A DNA stretch of 64,000 nucleotides from an uncultured Holophagales bacterium (GTDB lineage: Bacteria > Acidobacteriota > Thermoanaerobaculia > Multivoradales > UBA5704), in contig CAWJGT010000024.1 in assembly GCA_963842525.1 (NCBI GenBank), positions 1-64,000 of the forward strand. Direction: 5' to 3'. Below are positions 10,327 through 23,714 of this stretch, piece after piece (positions within the stretch are counted from its first letter, which is position 1; every line of letters begins with the position of its first letter). The translations under genes and the position numbers were made by a program. The notes under the pieces were generated by a model that had not been told where the DNA came from, did not search any database, and saw nothing but the letters and a program-made list of their open reading frames with translations.

Positions 10327-11750
10327 TCAATCGTGCGACACCAGCTTGACCCCTGCGGTCTCCAACCGCTTCTTGACCTCCGGCCACTGGCTGGCGAACT
10401 GCCTCTCCGCCTCGACGGAGATGGCGGCCGGCATCTGCCGGTTCGGGCGGTCGGCGGTACCCGGGAAATTGAGCTCGGTATGGGCGCAGCTCGGGCGACC
10501 CGACAGCACGCGGACCCGTGCCTCCGCCGTACCTTCCGACACCCGGAAGACCTCGTAAGGGATCGACCACGTGCAGATGAAGACCGTGAATTGGCCCCCG
10601 GGCAGCTTGCTCCGGATCGTCTCGGTGTGCGACGCCTCGACATGCTGGGCCTCGCGCTCCTGATCGTTGACGAAGCTCTGGTATTGCGTGCTGAACTTGG
10701 CCGACACACCCCCGGTCGTCTCGGCCGGCTGCCACCCGACTCCCCGCCGACGCTTACGCTGTGGCTGACATCCTTGGTGGCTTCGACCGTGTGGCTGACC
10801 AGGTACGTGAACTCGATCTCGCGCTCGTCGGTCTGGCCGGGGTCGAGAGCCAGATTGTTGAAAAACTGGTAGTGGATTTCCGGGGCTTCGAAGTGCGTCT
10901 CGCGCTCCGCCTGAAACTCCGGCAGCAGCTCCAGAACGGCGGCGTCCTTGATGAAGGCGCGATGGAGGAGCTCCGTCCGCTCACCCTCCTTGCCGGTGAT
11001 GACGACGCTGTCGAGGAACCAGTCGGGGGAGGCGAAACTCTGGTCGCTCTCGACCTTGATGCGGACCACCTTGCCCAGGCCATCGTCCCATAGCGTCACG
11101 TCGTCGGTCTGGCCTTGCTCGAACGCGTTGCCCAGGATCTGCCCGTTCAGGCGGTGGCGTTTGCCCTGCTTGCCGCTCTGGTCGAAGAGGGTGAAGAAGA
11201 TATTGGAATCGGTACCGGCCTGCGCCTGGTCCGCGGTGACGATCGCGAGACGGTAGGCCGACCAGTTGGTACCCGGACAGGTGTTGCAATCCGCCGTGAT
11301 CTGGCCGTCGTCCTTGATCGTCCTGTTGATCTTGAAGGCGCTGGTGCTGCCGTCGGGATTCTTGATGCTCGCTGAGTCGACAAGCCAATCGTTGCTGGCG
11401 AAGGCGCCGTCGCTGTCCAGCGTGATCCGGGTGATGGGGCCGATCAGGTTTTGCCCTCTGGGACAGATGGAGAAGCCGTCGGTGTCCCCGCTTTCGAAAG
11501 CGTTTCCCGAGATCAGCGGGTTGATCACCGTCGAGAAGCTGACGTTCCGTTGGCCTGTAATCGTCATGGTGATGTTGGAATCCGTGCCGTCGTCGCCGGT
11601 CACGATGGTGATGCCGTAGCGGTTCTCCTCGTCCCCGTTGCACGCGGCGACCTGCGCGTGGCAGGGCGGTGCGAGCAGGCCGGCGGCTGCGCAGCAGATC
11701 ATCGTGAGGGCGAAGAAACGGAGCGGGCGGAAGCGGTTGCGGCGGTTCAT
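10327..11750 (-). CDS. Secreted protein with two PLAT/LH2 domains and an aerolysin/ETX-MTX2-like C-terminal region (frameshift near 10735)
   Basis: RBS GGAGAAG, signal peptide MNRRNRFR...CHA; two repeats of Y-x-I-x-IVT..GTDSNI..FE-x-G-x-TD..W-(L/F)-(V/L)-DS; Ser/Thr-rich alternating tail SHSVSVGGESG..GGVSAKFSTQY. Confidence 0.7.
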
Positions 11751-11843
11751 GATCTTCTCCTTTCCAGAAGGGTTGTGGATCCGGAGGAGCGGCGGTCCTG
11801 GGGTTTTCCTCCGGATTGCCGCTCTGCCGGGGCTCATCCGGGC

Positions 11844-11875
11844 TGTACGCAACCCGCTGCTCCGACCGGACACGG
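11844..11875 (-). promoter_or_regulatory. Putative ECF-sigma promoter CCGTGTCCG-N17-CGTACA
   Basis: Same bipartite motif and spacing as at 16262-16293, each upstream of a gene flanking the ECF/kinase pair. Confidence 0.45.
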
Positions 11876-11950
11876 TCGGCTTGAAAGCCTTCAGGAAGCG
11901 AGGTACTCTCGGGAGGAACCCTCGATTCTCGGCCCGAGAGACAGGAGCAG

Positions 11951-12558
11951 GTGGCTCAGAGCACGGACGATCCGGCATCCCCGGGTGAGGTCACCCGGCT
12001 CCTGGCGGCGGCCCGCCAGGGCGACGCGAGCGCCATGGACCGGCTGATGGCCGTGATCTACGACGAGCTGCGCGCCGTGGCCCGCCGGCAGCTCCGGCGC
12101 CGGCGTCCGGGACAGACGCTCGACTCAACAGCCCTGGTGCATGAGGCCTGGCTCAAGCTGGGAGGCCAGGCCGGCGGCGGCGCCTGGCAGGACCGGGCAC
12201 ATTTCCTGTCCGTCGCGGGAGTCGCCATGCGGCACATCCTGGTGGACGCGGCGCGCCGGCGCGCGGCAAGTAAGCGTGGCGGCGAGGATCTACGGGTCAC
12301 CTTCGACGAGCTGCGGCCGGCCCGGGACGCGCCTGAGGCAGATGCCTTCGCCGTCGAGGTCCTGGACCTGGACCGGGCGCTCACCGCTCTCGCTGCTTTG
12401 GACGAGCGGCTCGGCCGGCTGGTGGAGCTGCGGTTTTTCGCCGGGCTGACGGAGGACGAGGCCGCCGAAGCCCTGGGGACCTCCGGGCGGACCGTACGCC
12501 GAGACTGGCGCAAGGCTCGGGCCTTCCTTTCCCGGTTCCTGGGCGACGAGACCGCAGG

Positions 12559-12562
<4 letters not shown>
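11951..12562 (+). CDS. ECF sigma factor (kinase-associated, TIGR02999-like)
   Basis: EVTRLLAA..YDELRAVARRQL..TLDSTALVHEAWLKL..VELRFFAGLT..RTVRRDWRKARA. Confidence 0.88.
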
Positions 12563-15722
<3,160 letters not shown>

Positions 15723-15741
<19 letters not shown>

Positions 15742-16226
15742 ACCGCTCCCAGGGGGCCGGCGCAATCGGCCGCCAGTCCCTGGAGCAGCGCGGCAGCCGT
15801 CTGGATCTCCCTGCTCCGTGCCTCCAGGCGGTCGCCAGCCGCCGTCACTCCCAGGCGGCTGACGGCGGCCTGAAGCTTCCGGAGCTGGTCCTTATCGATC
15901 GTCAGGGTCGCCTGGTCGAGCATCTCCTGGTTCAAGGGGGGGAGGTCCGCGAGGTCGATCTCGGCGCCGGGGAACTTTTCGAGCCGGTTGACCGCCTCGG
16001 CCAGCCGCACCGATTCGAGCCAGAGAATCGGGCCTAGGATCGGAGGGGCCGGCAGCGTGAAGCTCCCCTCGGTTTTCCACCGCCCGACGAGCTGGTCCAC
16101 GACGGGCTTGATCCGTGCCTCTTCGATCGGTGCGGAGCGGAGGCGCTCGATCGCTGCTCTCTCCTCGCCGGTCGTGGCCGTCGAGCCGGCCGCCGACTGC
16201 AGGGCTTTTTGCGTGTCCAGAGTCAT
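15723..16226 (-). CDS. Hypothetical helical protein (167 aa)
   Basis: ATG at 16226 after RBS AAAGGAGAAGG; MTLDTQKALQSAAG...; no recognisable family. Confidence 0.7.
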
Positions 16227-16261
16227 TTCCTTCTCCTTTCCGTTTCGTCTCGTTGCTGAGT

Positions 16262-16293
16262 TGAACGGAAAGATCCCCGCCAGGCGGACACGG
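16262..16293 (-). promoter_or_regulatory. Putative ECF-sigma promoter CCGTGTCCG-N17-CGTTCA
   Basis: Matches the motif at 11844-11875. Confidence 0.45.
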
Positions 16294-16296
16294 CCG

Positions 16297-17115
16297 TCAA
16301 CGCTCCACACGGAATACAAATCGCGCCACCGGCACCGCGGCGTCCTGCTCGACCAGGAGGCGGTAGTCGCCCGGGGGGAGCAGGAAGGAATCGAGGCCGA
16401 TAGCGAGCGTGCCAGTCGGCCCTGGTTGCAGCCCGGTCCCCGACCAGACGACGGCGCCGCCGTCCCGCCGCCGCAGCGTGACCCGGTAGGGTCCGGGTTC
16501 GGGGAGGTCCAGATCGAGAGAGAGGACGATCTGCTCCCCGGGCGGCGGACTGATGCGCTGGAAGGGCTCGCCCGCGGTGGGGCCGGAGCGCGTCGGCACC
16601 AGGGCCACGACCCAGGCGGCGCCTGCCCGGGGGCGGCGCTCGCGCGAGAGCTCCTCTTCGAGCCGGCCGCGGGCCTGGCTCTCCGCCGCCAGACGCTCCT
16701 GGAGCGTTGCGGCTTTCCGTTCCGCCGCCGCGGTCCGCCGATCCTCCTCGGACTGCCGGCTTTCCGAGCGGGCCAGGCTTGCCCGGGCCGCGTCCAGCTC
16801 ACGATCGAGCCGCAGGGTCCGCCAGGACAGGACTCCTACCGTTGCGAGCGCCGCCAGGCCGAGGACTCCGGCCGCCGCGGCCCAGCGGCGCCGCGCCAGT
16901 CCGGCGATGACGGCGGCCAGCCCCACGGGCCCCGCCAATTCCTCGGCGGCCACGTCCCGGAAGCCGGTCTGGAACCGCTCGGCGAGGTCCAGCCGCCGGA
17001 CGCACTCCTCGCAGGTGAGGTAGTGGTCCTCGAATCGGGTTGCGTCCGCTTCCGGAAGCCGCCCCATCACATACTCTTCGACTACCTGATGCCGTTCGAT
17101 GTAGTCATGGTCCAT
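16297..17115 (-). CDS. zf-HC2 zinc-binding anti-sigma factor, single TM
   Basis: FEDHYLTCEEC (HxxxCxxC), TM segment, coiled coil, C-terminal beta domain; directly downstream of a sigma gene. Confidence 0.82.
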   Translation of the reverse strand: MDHDYIERHQVVEEYVMGRLPEADATRFEDHYLTCEECVRRLDLAERFQTGFRDVAAEELAGPVGLAAVIAGLARRRWAAAAGVLGLAALATVGVLSWRTLRLDRELDAARASLARSESRQSEEDRRTAAAERKAATLQERLAAESQARGRLEEELSRERRPRAGAAWVVALVPTRSGPTAGEPFQRISPPPGEQIVLSLDLDLPEPGPYRVTLRRRDGGAVVWSGTGLQPGPTGTLAIGLDSFLLPPGDYRLLVEQDAAVPVARFVFRVER

Positions 17116-17734
17116 CGGACCACCTCGGATCGCTTTTTGGCACGCCTCGCAGAGTGGCGAGGCGGCGGTCCTCCGCCTCTTCCACGAGCTTGCGGAAGCG
17201 CTCGCGGGCGCGGAAGAGGACCAGGTTGAAGTTCAGGCTGCTGAGACCGAGGTCCCGGCAGATCTCTTCTTTGGCGTGCTCGGCGATGTAATAGCGGTAG
17301 AGGAGCTGCCGGTCGCGGCCGGAGCGCATCTCGCGCAGGACCTGGCGGACAAGCCCGGCGGCCTCCTGCCGCAGGACGCGGCTGAGCTGGCTCTCGCCGG
17401 GGTCCACGGGGCCGCGCTCGGGCTCCAACTCTTCGACTCCTTCCAGCCTCTCGCTCTTGCGGTGCTCCATGATCGCAAGGTTTTTCGCCGTCTGGCGGAG
17501 GAAACCGCTCAGTTTTTCCGGCTCTCGCAGCTCGCCGGCGCGGATGCGGCGCAACGCCACCTGAAACGTCTCCTGCAGGAGGTCCTCGCTAAGGGTGGGG
17601 CTGCCGGTGATCTTGCGCAGCAGGTAGGAGAGCCCGAGACGATGGCTCTCGACGAGCTCTCCTTCGGCCGCCTGGTCTCCCGCCTGGATCCTTGCGACCA
17701 GGGCCACCGGGTCGGGTGTCGCCAAGCTGCTCAT
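17105..17734 (-). CDS. ECF sigma factor
   Basis: LVARIQAGDQAAEGELV..SEDLLQETF (region 2), EEICRDLGLS..LFRARERFR (region 4); ATG at 17734 overlaps the CHAT stop. Confidence 0.85.
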   Translation of the reverse strand: MSSLATPDPVALVARIQAGDQAAEGELVESHRLGLSYLLRKITGSPTLSEDLLQETFQVALRRIRAGELREPEKLSGFLRQTAKNLAIMEHRKSERLEGVEELEPERGPVDPGESQLSRVLRQEAAGLVRQVLREMRSGRDRQLLYRYYIAEHAKEEICRDLGLSSLNFNLVLFRARERFRKLVEEAEDRRLATLRGVPKSDPRWSDGP

Positions 17735-20700
17735 CTCCCCTCGCCGAGCAGGATGAAGGAGGCCCAGTGGTAGGGATCGCTCCAGCCGCGGCGGGCGCGG
17801 ACCGCGAGTTGGGCCTGGCGCAGCGCCGCGGCCGGCGTCGCCCCCTGCTCCAGCAGGGCCTGGTACATCGCGCCCATCAGGTCCGCGGTGGCCCGGTCCG
17901 GGACCTGCCAGAGGCTGGCGATCACGTTGCGGGCGCCGGCATCGAGGAAGCCGCGGCTCAGGCCGACCAGGCCCTCGCCCCGGATCTCCCGGCCCAGGGC
18001 CGTCTGGCAGCCGCTCAGCACCACCAGGTCCGCGGCCAGCGAGAGGTCGTGCAGGTCGGGCAGGCGGAGGAACCCCTCCTGCGGCCGGCCGGACTCGTCG
18101 ACGAGCGAGAGAACGATCCCGGACAGCTCCGGATGCTCGGCATGAAAGGTGCCGTGGGTGGCGAAGTGGAGGATGCGGAAGCCGGCGAGGCGGCCGTCGG
18201 TGAGAAGCGAGCGGCGGGCCTGGAAGTCCAGGGCCAGGAGCACCTCTCCGCCCCGCGCCAGCGACGCGATGGCCTCGGCCTCGCGCCGCGACGAGGTCAG
18301 GCGGTCGAAGAGCGGCAGGCCCTCCCCGATGCCGCGGACCGTGTCTGCGGCCCCGCTCGCGGCAACCTCCTTGCCGCCGCGCACGCGCGGGTCCCGGGGA
18401 TCGAAAACGGGATCGGCGAGCACGGCCAGAGCTCCCGCGGCCTGCGGGCGGGACGAGAGCGCCCGGCGCTGGACCGCCAGGAACGAGGCGGACGGCAGCG
18501 TCACCACCTCGTGGCGGGCCAACAGGGGCTCCTGCGACGCGGGGTGCGGCAGCGCGCCGAAGGGGAGGTAGAACAGCGCGCCGTCGGGGACGATGGCCAG
18601 GCGCTGCGCCCCGAGGCGGCCGGCCACCGGGCCGAGGAGAAGGCGGCTGAGCTGGCGGGCGTCGCCGTTGTCCGTGGCCTGGGTGTCGAGGGTGCTGAAG
18701 CGGCGGTAGACACGGGTGGCCAGGGCCTCGATCTCCGCACGTCCCGGCAGCTCGAAGACTTCCAGGGACGAAGACGAGACCGCCCAAAGGAGGCTGCGCC
18801 GCTCTCCCAGGGCGTACTCCAGGAGGAGAGCGCCGCCGTCCAGCAGTGCCTGCACCTCCGTGATGCTCGTTGTCGTGGGAACGGCACCCGCGGTGCGCCG
18901 GGAGATCTCGCCTTCGAGGAGCTGCAATTCGAGTAGGACGGTCTCCAGCTCACGCTCGACCTGCTGGCGGCGCTCCGGCGCAGCGTCCGAGGCAATCAGG
19001 GCAAGCCTCCGCAGCTCCTTGGCGCCGGCCCGTTCCCGCAGGAGCCGGCGCCTCTGCGCGAGCGCGGGATCGGTCTCCGGAGGCAGGTCGCTCCCTCCCG
19101 CGGCCAGGAGGTCCAGCAGGCTGCGAGCCCGGGCGCGCTCGCTCACCTCCAGGGCCGCGCGGTCGTGGCCCGCTTGCGGATCGCGTCGATGGAGGTCCAG
19201 GCGGATGTCGATCGCCAACTCGTAGGCCCCACGCTGGGCCGCCAGGTAGGAGGCGCGCAGCTCGGGGGATGCCACGCGGGACCGTAGGGCTTCGATGCGC
19301 TCGAAGGCCTCGTCCAGGCGAGCCAGAGCCTCGGCGGGCCGGCCGAGGGCCCGCTCGGCCCGGGCCAGGGCCGCCAGGGCCCGGGCTTCGCCGGAGCGAT
19401 CGCCAACAGCGTGCAACAGATCGTTCGCCGTCTGCAGGGCCTCTGCGGCGCGGTCGAGCTGGTCCAGCGAAATCCAGGCTTCGGCGGCCGCGGTGAGAGC
19501 CCGCCCACGCCCCACCGGGTCACCCCGCTCACCAAGACCGGCGCGGGCTGCAAGAGCCGCCTCGATGCGGCGCACGGCCTCGGACGGCTCGCCGAGCGAA
19601 AAGTGGACGGCGCCCATCTGCTCCAGCGTCAAGGCGCGGCCCAAGCGGTCTCCCAGGGCCTCGCGCAGGGCGAGGGACTGTGCGAGGAGGTCGAGCGCCT
19701 CGCGAGACTCGCCCAGGCGGTCCAGGACCGACCCCAGATTCTGCAGAGTCACCGCCTCGCCTCGCCGGTCGCCGGTCTGGCGGCGCAGAGCCAGGGCCTG
19801 CTCCAACAGCCCTCGTGCCCGCCGCGGCTCGCCCAAGCCGAGATAGGCCATGCCGAGGCTGTTGAGCGCCGTTGCCTCACCGCGCCGGTCGCCCCGGGAG
19901 CGGAAGAGGTCGAGGGCCTGCCGGTAGCCGAAGAGCGCCTCCTGCACCTCTCCCAGAGCGCGGTGGGCCGTCGCCAGGTTGAAGAGGAGGCGAGGTTCTT
20001 CGCTGCGCTCGATCGTCTGCCGCAGCAGCTCCAGGGCCTTGCGGTAGCCCTCCAGGGCGCGACGGGGCTCGCCGAGCAGATCCCACACGCCAGACAGGTT
20101 GTTCTCGACCCTTGCGGCCTGGGCAAGATCGCCGACTTCCTGGAATAGGTCGGCCGCCGGCTCATAGCGCTGTAGGGCCCGCCGCAGCTCGCCTTGGCCG
20201 TGGTCCACGAGGCCGAGGTTATTGAGCGTTTGCGCCTCTCCATGGCTGTCGCTCAGGCCGCGCCACGCGGTGAGCGCCAGTTCGTAGGCCGCACGGGCTG
20301 GCTCGGGCCGGCCGGTCGCCCAATGGAGGTAGCCGATCTCGTTCCAGACTGCGGCCGCTCCTCCGGCGTCGTTCTCGGCCTCGAAACGAGCCCGCGCCCT
20401 TTCCAGAGCCTCCAAGGCGGGGACGGGCTCATCGAGGAGGCGGTGGAGGACGCCCAGGAGGAGAAGCGCCCGGCCGGGCTCCTCGCCGGCCTCGCGCCAA
20501 GCGCCGAGCGCCAGGCGAGCCTCCTCCGCGGCGGACCGCCATGCGTCGCGTCCGTCTCGACGGAACAGGCTCGCGGCGCGGGTGGCGGCGAGCTCGGCGG
20601 CGGCCTGACTGCGCTCGCGGGAGGTCCCCTCCGGGAAGCTCGCGGACCTCGATCCGGTAGCTGCCAGCGATCGTCCCACGCCTTCGGGAGAGGACGATCA

Positions 20701-21042
20701 AGCGATGGCCACCGGAGACTTCCGGCCGGACGGCGATCACCTCGAGCCCGCGCGGGCCGTTCGGGCTGTCTACCCACGCCAGCTCACGGCTGTCCGGGGC
20801 TTCGATCCGGACCTCCAGGTCGATCCCGCGTTGCTCGGCGATCGCGAGCAACGGCCGGCCCGCGGTGGTATCTATCGTGTAGACGTGCTCCTCTCCTGCC
20901 ACCAGCGGGCGCTCCACCGGCGCGCCGGGGGCGAGCGGCTGCGAAGGCACGGACTCTCCCCGACCCCCTGTGAAAGGGAGCAGGACGAAGATGGCAGAGA
21001 CGATCGCGCTTCGCAGTCGCTTTAACTCCCGCGATGCTTCAT
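17731..21042 (-). CDS. TPR-CHAT caspase-like protease with signal peptide and PPC-like N-terminal domain (frameshift near 20630; start approximate)
   Basis: Hydrophobic leader, PPC-like AEQRGIDLEVRI..VDSPNG, about nine TPRs (EAxTLNNLG), CHAT motifs IVPDGAL, LHFATHG, VVLSGCQT, PYHWASF. Confidence 0.88.
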
Positions 21043-21067
21043 CCGGCGTGCCGAGGACGCCAGCAGC

Positions 21068-21463
21068 TCAGGTGCACTCACCCTGCGGCGTCGGCCGCTC
21101 CTCCTCGGCTACCCAGACGCCGGTGGCCCCGCTTTCAATGCCGGCATTGAGCTCATAGAGCTGGCCGCAGAGGTACTGCGGAGCTCCGATTCCCTGCGCT
21201 GGACATACCGTGACCACGATCTGGAAGAGCTCTTCGTCTGCTTCTCCCTTGGGGTGGCCGAAGTCCCCCCGGAAAGTGCCGGGCACGGTGTCGGGGAAAG
21301 CCTTGTCCTCCAACAGAAGCAGGCTCAGGGACTTCTCCCACTCCACCGCGAGGTCGATGCGGGCCGCGTCCTGTGCCCTGGAAATCAACTTGACCTTGGA
21401 GTGGACCGGAAAAAAGCGGCTGGTGCTGGAGATGATGCGCCACTCCTCACTTTGCTTGGTCAT
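21068..21463 (-). CDS. Hypothetical protein (131 aa, beta-rich)
   Basis: ATG after RBS GGAGGAG; ends GATGVWVAEEERP... Confidence 0.7.
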   Translation of the reverse strand: MTKQSEEWRIISSTSRFFPVHSKVKLISRAQDAARIDLAVEWEKSLSLLLLEDKAFPDTVPGTFRGDFGHPKGEADEELFQIVVTVCPAQGIGAPQYLCGQLYELNAGIESGATGVWVAEEERPTPQGECT

Positions 21464-21527
21464 GGCTCCTCCAATAGATTTCGAAGATCCTAGCAGTCCT
21501 TGCCTGTCATGGCAGCCCGGGCCTGTT

Positions 21528-22640
21528 TCACGCCGAAAAGAGCCGCACCTCCCAGCCCGCACTGCGCTGGAGCTGCGACACGGCTCCCCGGCTGTCGATC
21601 GTGGCGTCGCGGAAGACCCGGGGCAGGGTCACGATTACCGCAGGCGAGCCGGGTCCGAGGGAGAAGACCGACACGTACGGCGTATCGATCACGAAGCCCG
21701 CGCTGCTGCGGGCGTCGGCGGTGAAAAGCGCGTTTTCCAACGAGGTCGCAGGAAAAGGAGCCTCGCGGAAGCCGGTCAGGCTGTAGGTGGACCGCTTGCC
21801 GTCCCGCAGCACCTTGCCGGTGTAGAAGAGGGGGTCGGGCAGGCCGTCGTCTTCAAGCGGCCTGAGCTTCGGCTCTTTGTTCAGGAACCGGGCCAGCAGG
21901 CTTGCCGGGCGATAGAAGCCGTGGAGCCCGCCTGAGGCCGGCACGCAGGGCGGCGCCGGCAGGGCGGCCGAGGTCGAGGCGTACCAGGGCTCCAGCCGTT
22001 CGGCGGTGGACCAGGTGGCGGCGAGCTTGCCGCTGTCGTCGAAGCGGTCGCAGACGCCGGCCACGACCTCGACGTGGCGGGAGAGGGTGGTGGACGCCTT
22101 CGTGTGCTCGAAGAAGCGGTAGGCCTTGACCACCAGGCGGAAGCCGCGGGCCTGGACGATGCCGCCGTGCACCAGGCCGTGGGCCTCGGGAAGCCGCGTG
22201 ACGTGGCCGGGCACCTCCTCGACCACCGGCGCTCGCTGAGGGAAGCGGACTCCAAGGCCGGCGATGGCCTGGACCTCGCGGTCATAGGCCTGGGAGAGCG
22301 CATTCGTCGAGGCCGATGCCGCCGCGGCAAGGCTGCGCGGGCCTGGCTGGGCCTCCTCGCCGTCCGGACCGATCACCGTCGCCGCCTCCCCTGGGCCCGG
22401 AAGCTTTCCCGGCTCGGCCTGCACGATCGGCCGCCGAGAGCGCCGCCCTCGCGCCGCCTCGACGCTTCGCAGCACCTCGGCGCCGAAGGCGCGGTAGACC
22501 TCGGGGGCATCGGGCGGCAGGGACTCCACCGCCTCGCGCACCGAGGCGGCGAGGGCCTCGTTATGCCCTTCCACATCCAGGCGGTGCCGGAGCTCGGCGA
22601 GCTCGGCAAGATGGTCCTCGATCGTTGTTGCTGTGCTCAT
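21528..22640 (-). CDS. Hypothetical protein (370 aa), paralog of 22794-23714
   Basis: Shares blocks LRHRLD, EVPGHVT, HGLVHGG, QARGFRLVVKA, GVCDRFD, TWSTAERL, FVIDTPYVSVFSLGP, LPRVFRDAT, WEVRLFSA. Confidence 0.85.
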   Translation of the reverse strand: MSTATTIEDHLAELAELRHRLDVEGHNEALAASVREAVESLPPDAPEVYRAFGAEVLRSVEAARGRRSRRPIVQAEPGKLPGPGEAATVIGPDGEEAQPGPRSLAAAASASTNALSQAYDREVQAIAGLGVRFPQRAPVVEEVPGHVTRLPEAHGLVHGGIVQARGFRLVVKAYRFFEHTKASTTLSRHVEVVAGVCDRFDDSGKLAATWSTAERLEPWYASTSAALPAPPCVPASGGLHGFYRPASLLARFLNKEPKLRPLEDDGLPDPLFYTGKVLRDGKRSTYSLTGFREAPFPATSLENALFTADARSSAGFVIDTPYVSVFSLGPGSPAVIVTLPRVFRDATIDSRGAVSQLQRSAGWEVRLFSA

Positions 22641-22780
22641 GACCCACCTCGACCCACCTCAGTCCCTGAACCGAGCGCCCGCTTGAGGCGGACTCCGCCG
22701 CCGCCGAAGGCGAGCGAGCTCTCGGACTCGACCCTGCGGCCGTACTGTTGGACAAATGCATCGATCGTTGCGTCGTCCAT
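22637..22780 (-). CDS. Small peptide ORF (47 aa), not in the ORF track
   Basis: MDDATIDAFVQQYGRRVESESSLAFGGGGVRLKRALGSGTEVGRGGS; RBS AAAGGAAAAAGG; its TGA overlaps the next ATG (ATGA). Confidence 0.6.
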   Translation of the reverse strand: MDDATIDAFVQQYGRRVESESSLAFGGGGVRLKRALGSGTEVGRGGS

Positions 22781-22793
22781 GACCTTTTTCCTT

Positions 22794-23714
22794 TCACGCC
22801 GAGAAGAGCCGCACTTCCCAGCTCTCCTTGCGCTCGAAGCGGTAAACGGTTTTGTTGTCCTTGCCTACCGTGGCGTCGCGGAAGACCCGCGGCAGGCTCA
22901 CGATCACCGCGGACGAGTCGGGCCCCAGAGAGAAAACCGACACGTAGGGCGTATCGATCACGAAGCTCGAGCTGCTCCGGATGCCGAGCTTGTCGCGCTC
23001 GCGCTTCAAGCGCTTCCAGCGATCCCAGCTCCTGATACCCCTGCCCCTGAAGCGAAAGAAGCCCTGGATCCCGCCTGGGATCGTCGCGAGGGGTGGGGGC
23101 GGGAGGGCGACGGCGGTCGAGGCGTACCTGGACCCGAGCCGCTCGGCGGTGGACCAGGTGGAGACGAGCTTGCCGCTGCCGTCGAAGCGGTCGCAGACGC
23201 CGGCCGCCACAGCGACGAAGCGGTAGAGGGAGGAGGACTCCTGCTTGATCTCATAGAAGGGAAAGGCCTTGACCACCAGGCGGAAGCCCCGCGCCTGGAT
23301 GACGCCGCCATGGACCAGGCCATGGGTTTCGGGGAGCGCCGTAACGTGGCCGGGCACCTCGACTCTCGGCGCGGGCAGGGGGAACCGCAGGTCGAGGCCG
23401 GGGGTGAACACGACCTTGTGGTCCGATCCGGCCGCGGCGAAGCCCATCGCCTCCTCCCCTGGACCGGACAGCTCTTCCGGCTCGACCTGCATGCTCGGCC
23501 ACCGGGAGCCCTGCCCTCGGGACGCCTCGACGCTTCGCAGCACCTCGGCGCCGTAGGCACGGCAGACCTCGGGGAGGTCGGGCGGCAGGGACTCCACCGT
23601 CTCGCGCACGGAGGCGGCGAGGGCCTCGCTGTACCCTTCCATGTCCAGGCGGTGCCGCAGCCCGGCGAGCCTTGCCATCTCGGCGAGGCTGCTCTCGGCC
23701 GCCGCCGCGATCAT
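22794..23714 (-). CDS. Hypothetical protein (306 aa), paralog of 21528-22640
   Basis: ATG at 23714 overlaps the upstream stop; conserved blocks as in the paralog. Confidence 0.85.
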   Translation of the reverse strand: MIAAAAESSLAEMARLAGLRHRLDMEGYSEALAASVRETVESLPPDLPEVCRAYGAEVLRSVEASRGQGSRWPSMQVEPEELSGPGEEAMGFAAAGSDHKVVFTPGLDLRFPLPAPRVEVPGHVTALPETHGLVHGGVIQARGFRLVVKAFPFYEIKQESSSLYRFVAVAAGVCDRFDGSGKLVSTWSTAERLGSRYASTAVALPPPPLATIPGGIQGFFRFRGRGIRSWDRWKRLKRERDKLGIRSSSSFVIDTPYVSVFSLGPDSSAVIVSLPRVFRDATVGKDNKTVYRFERKESWEVRLFSA

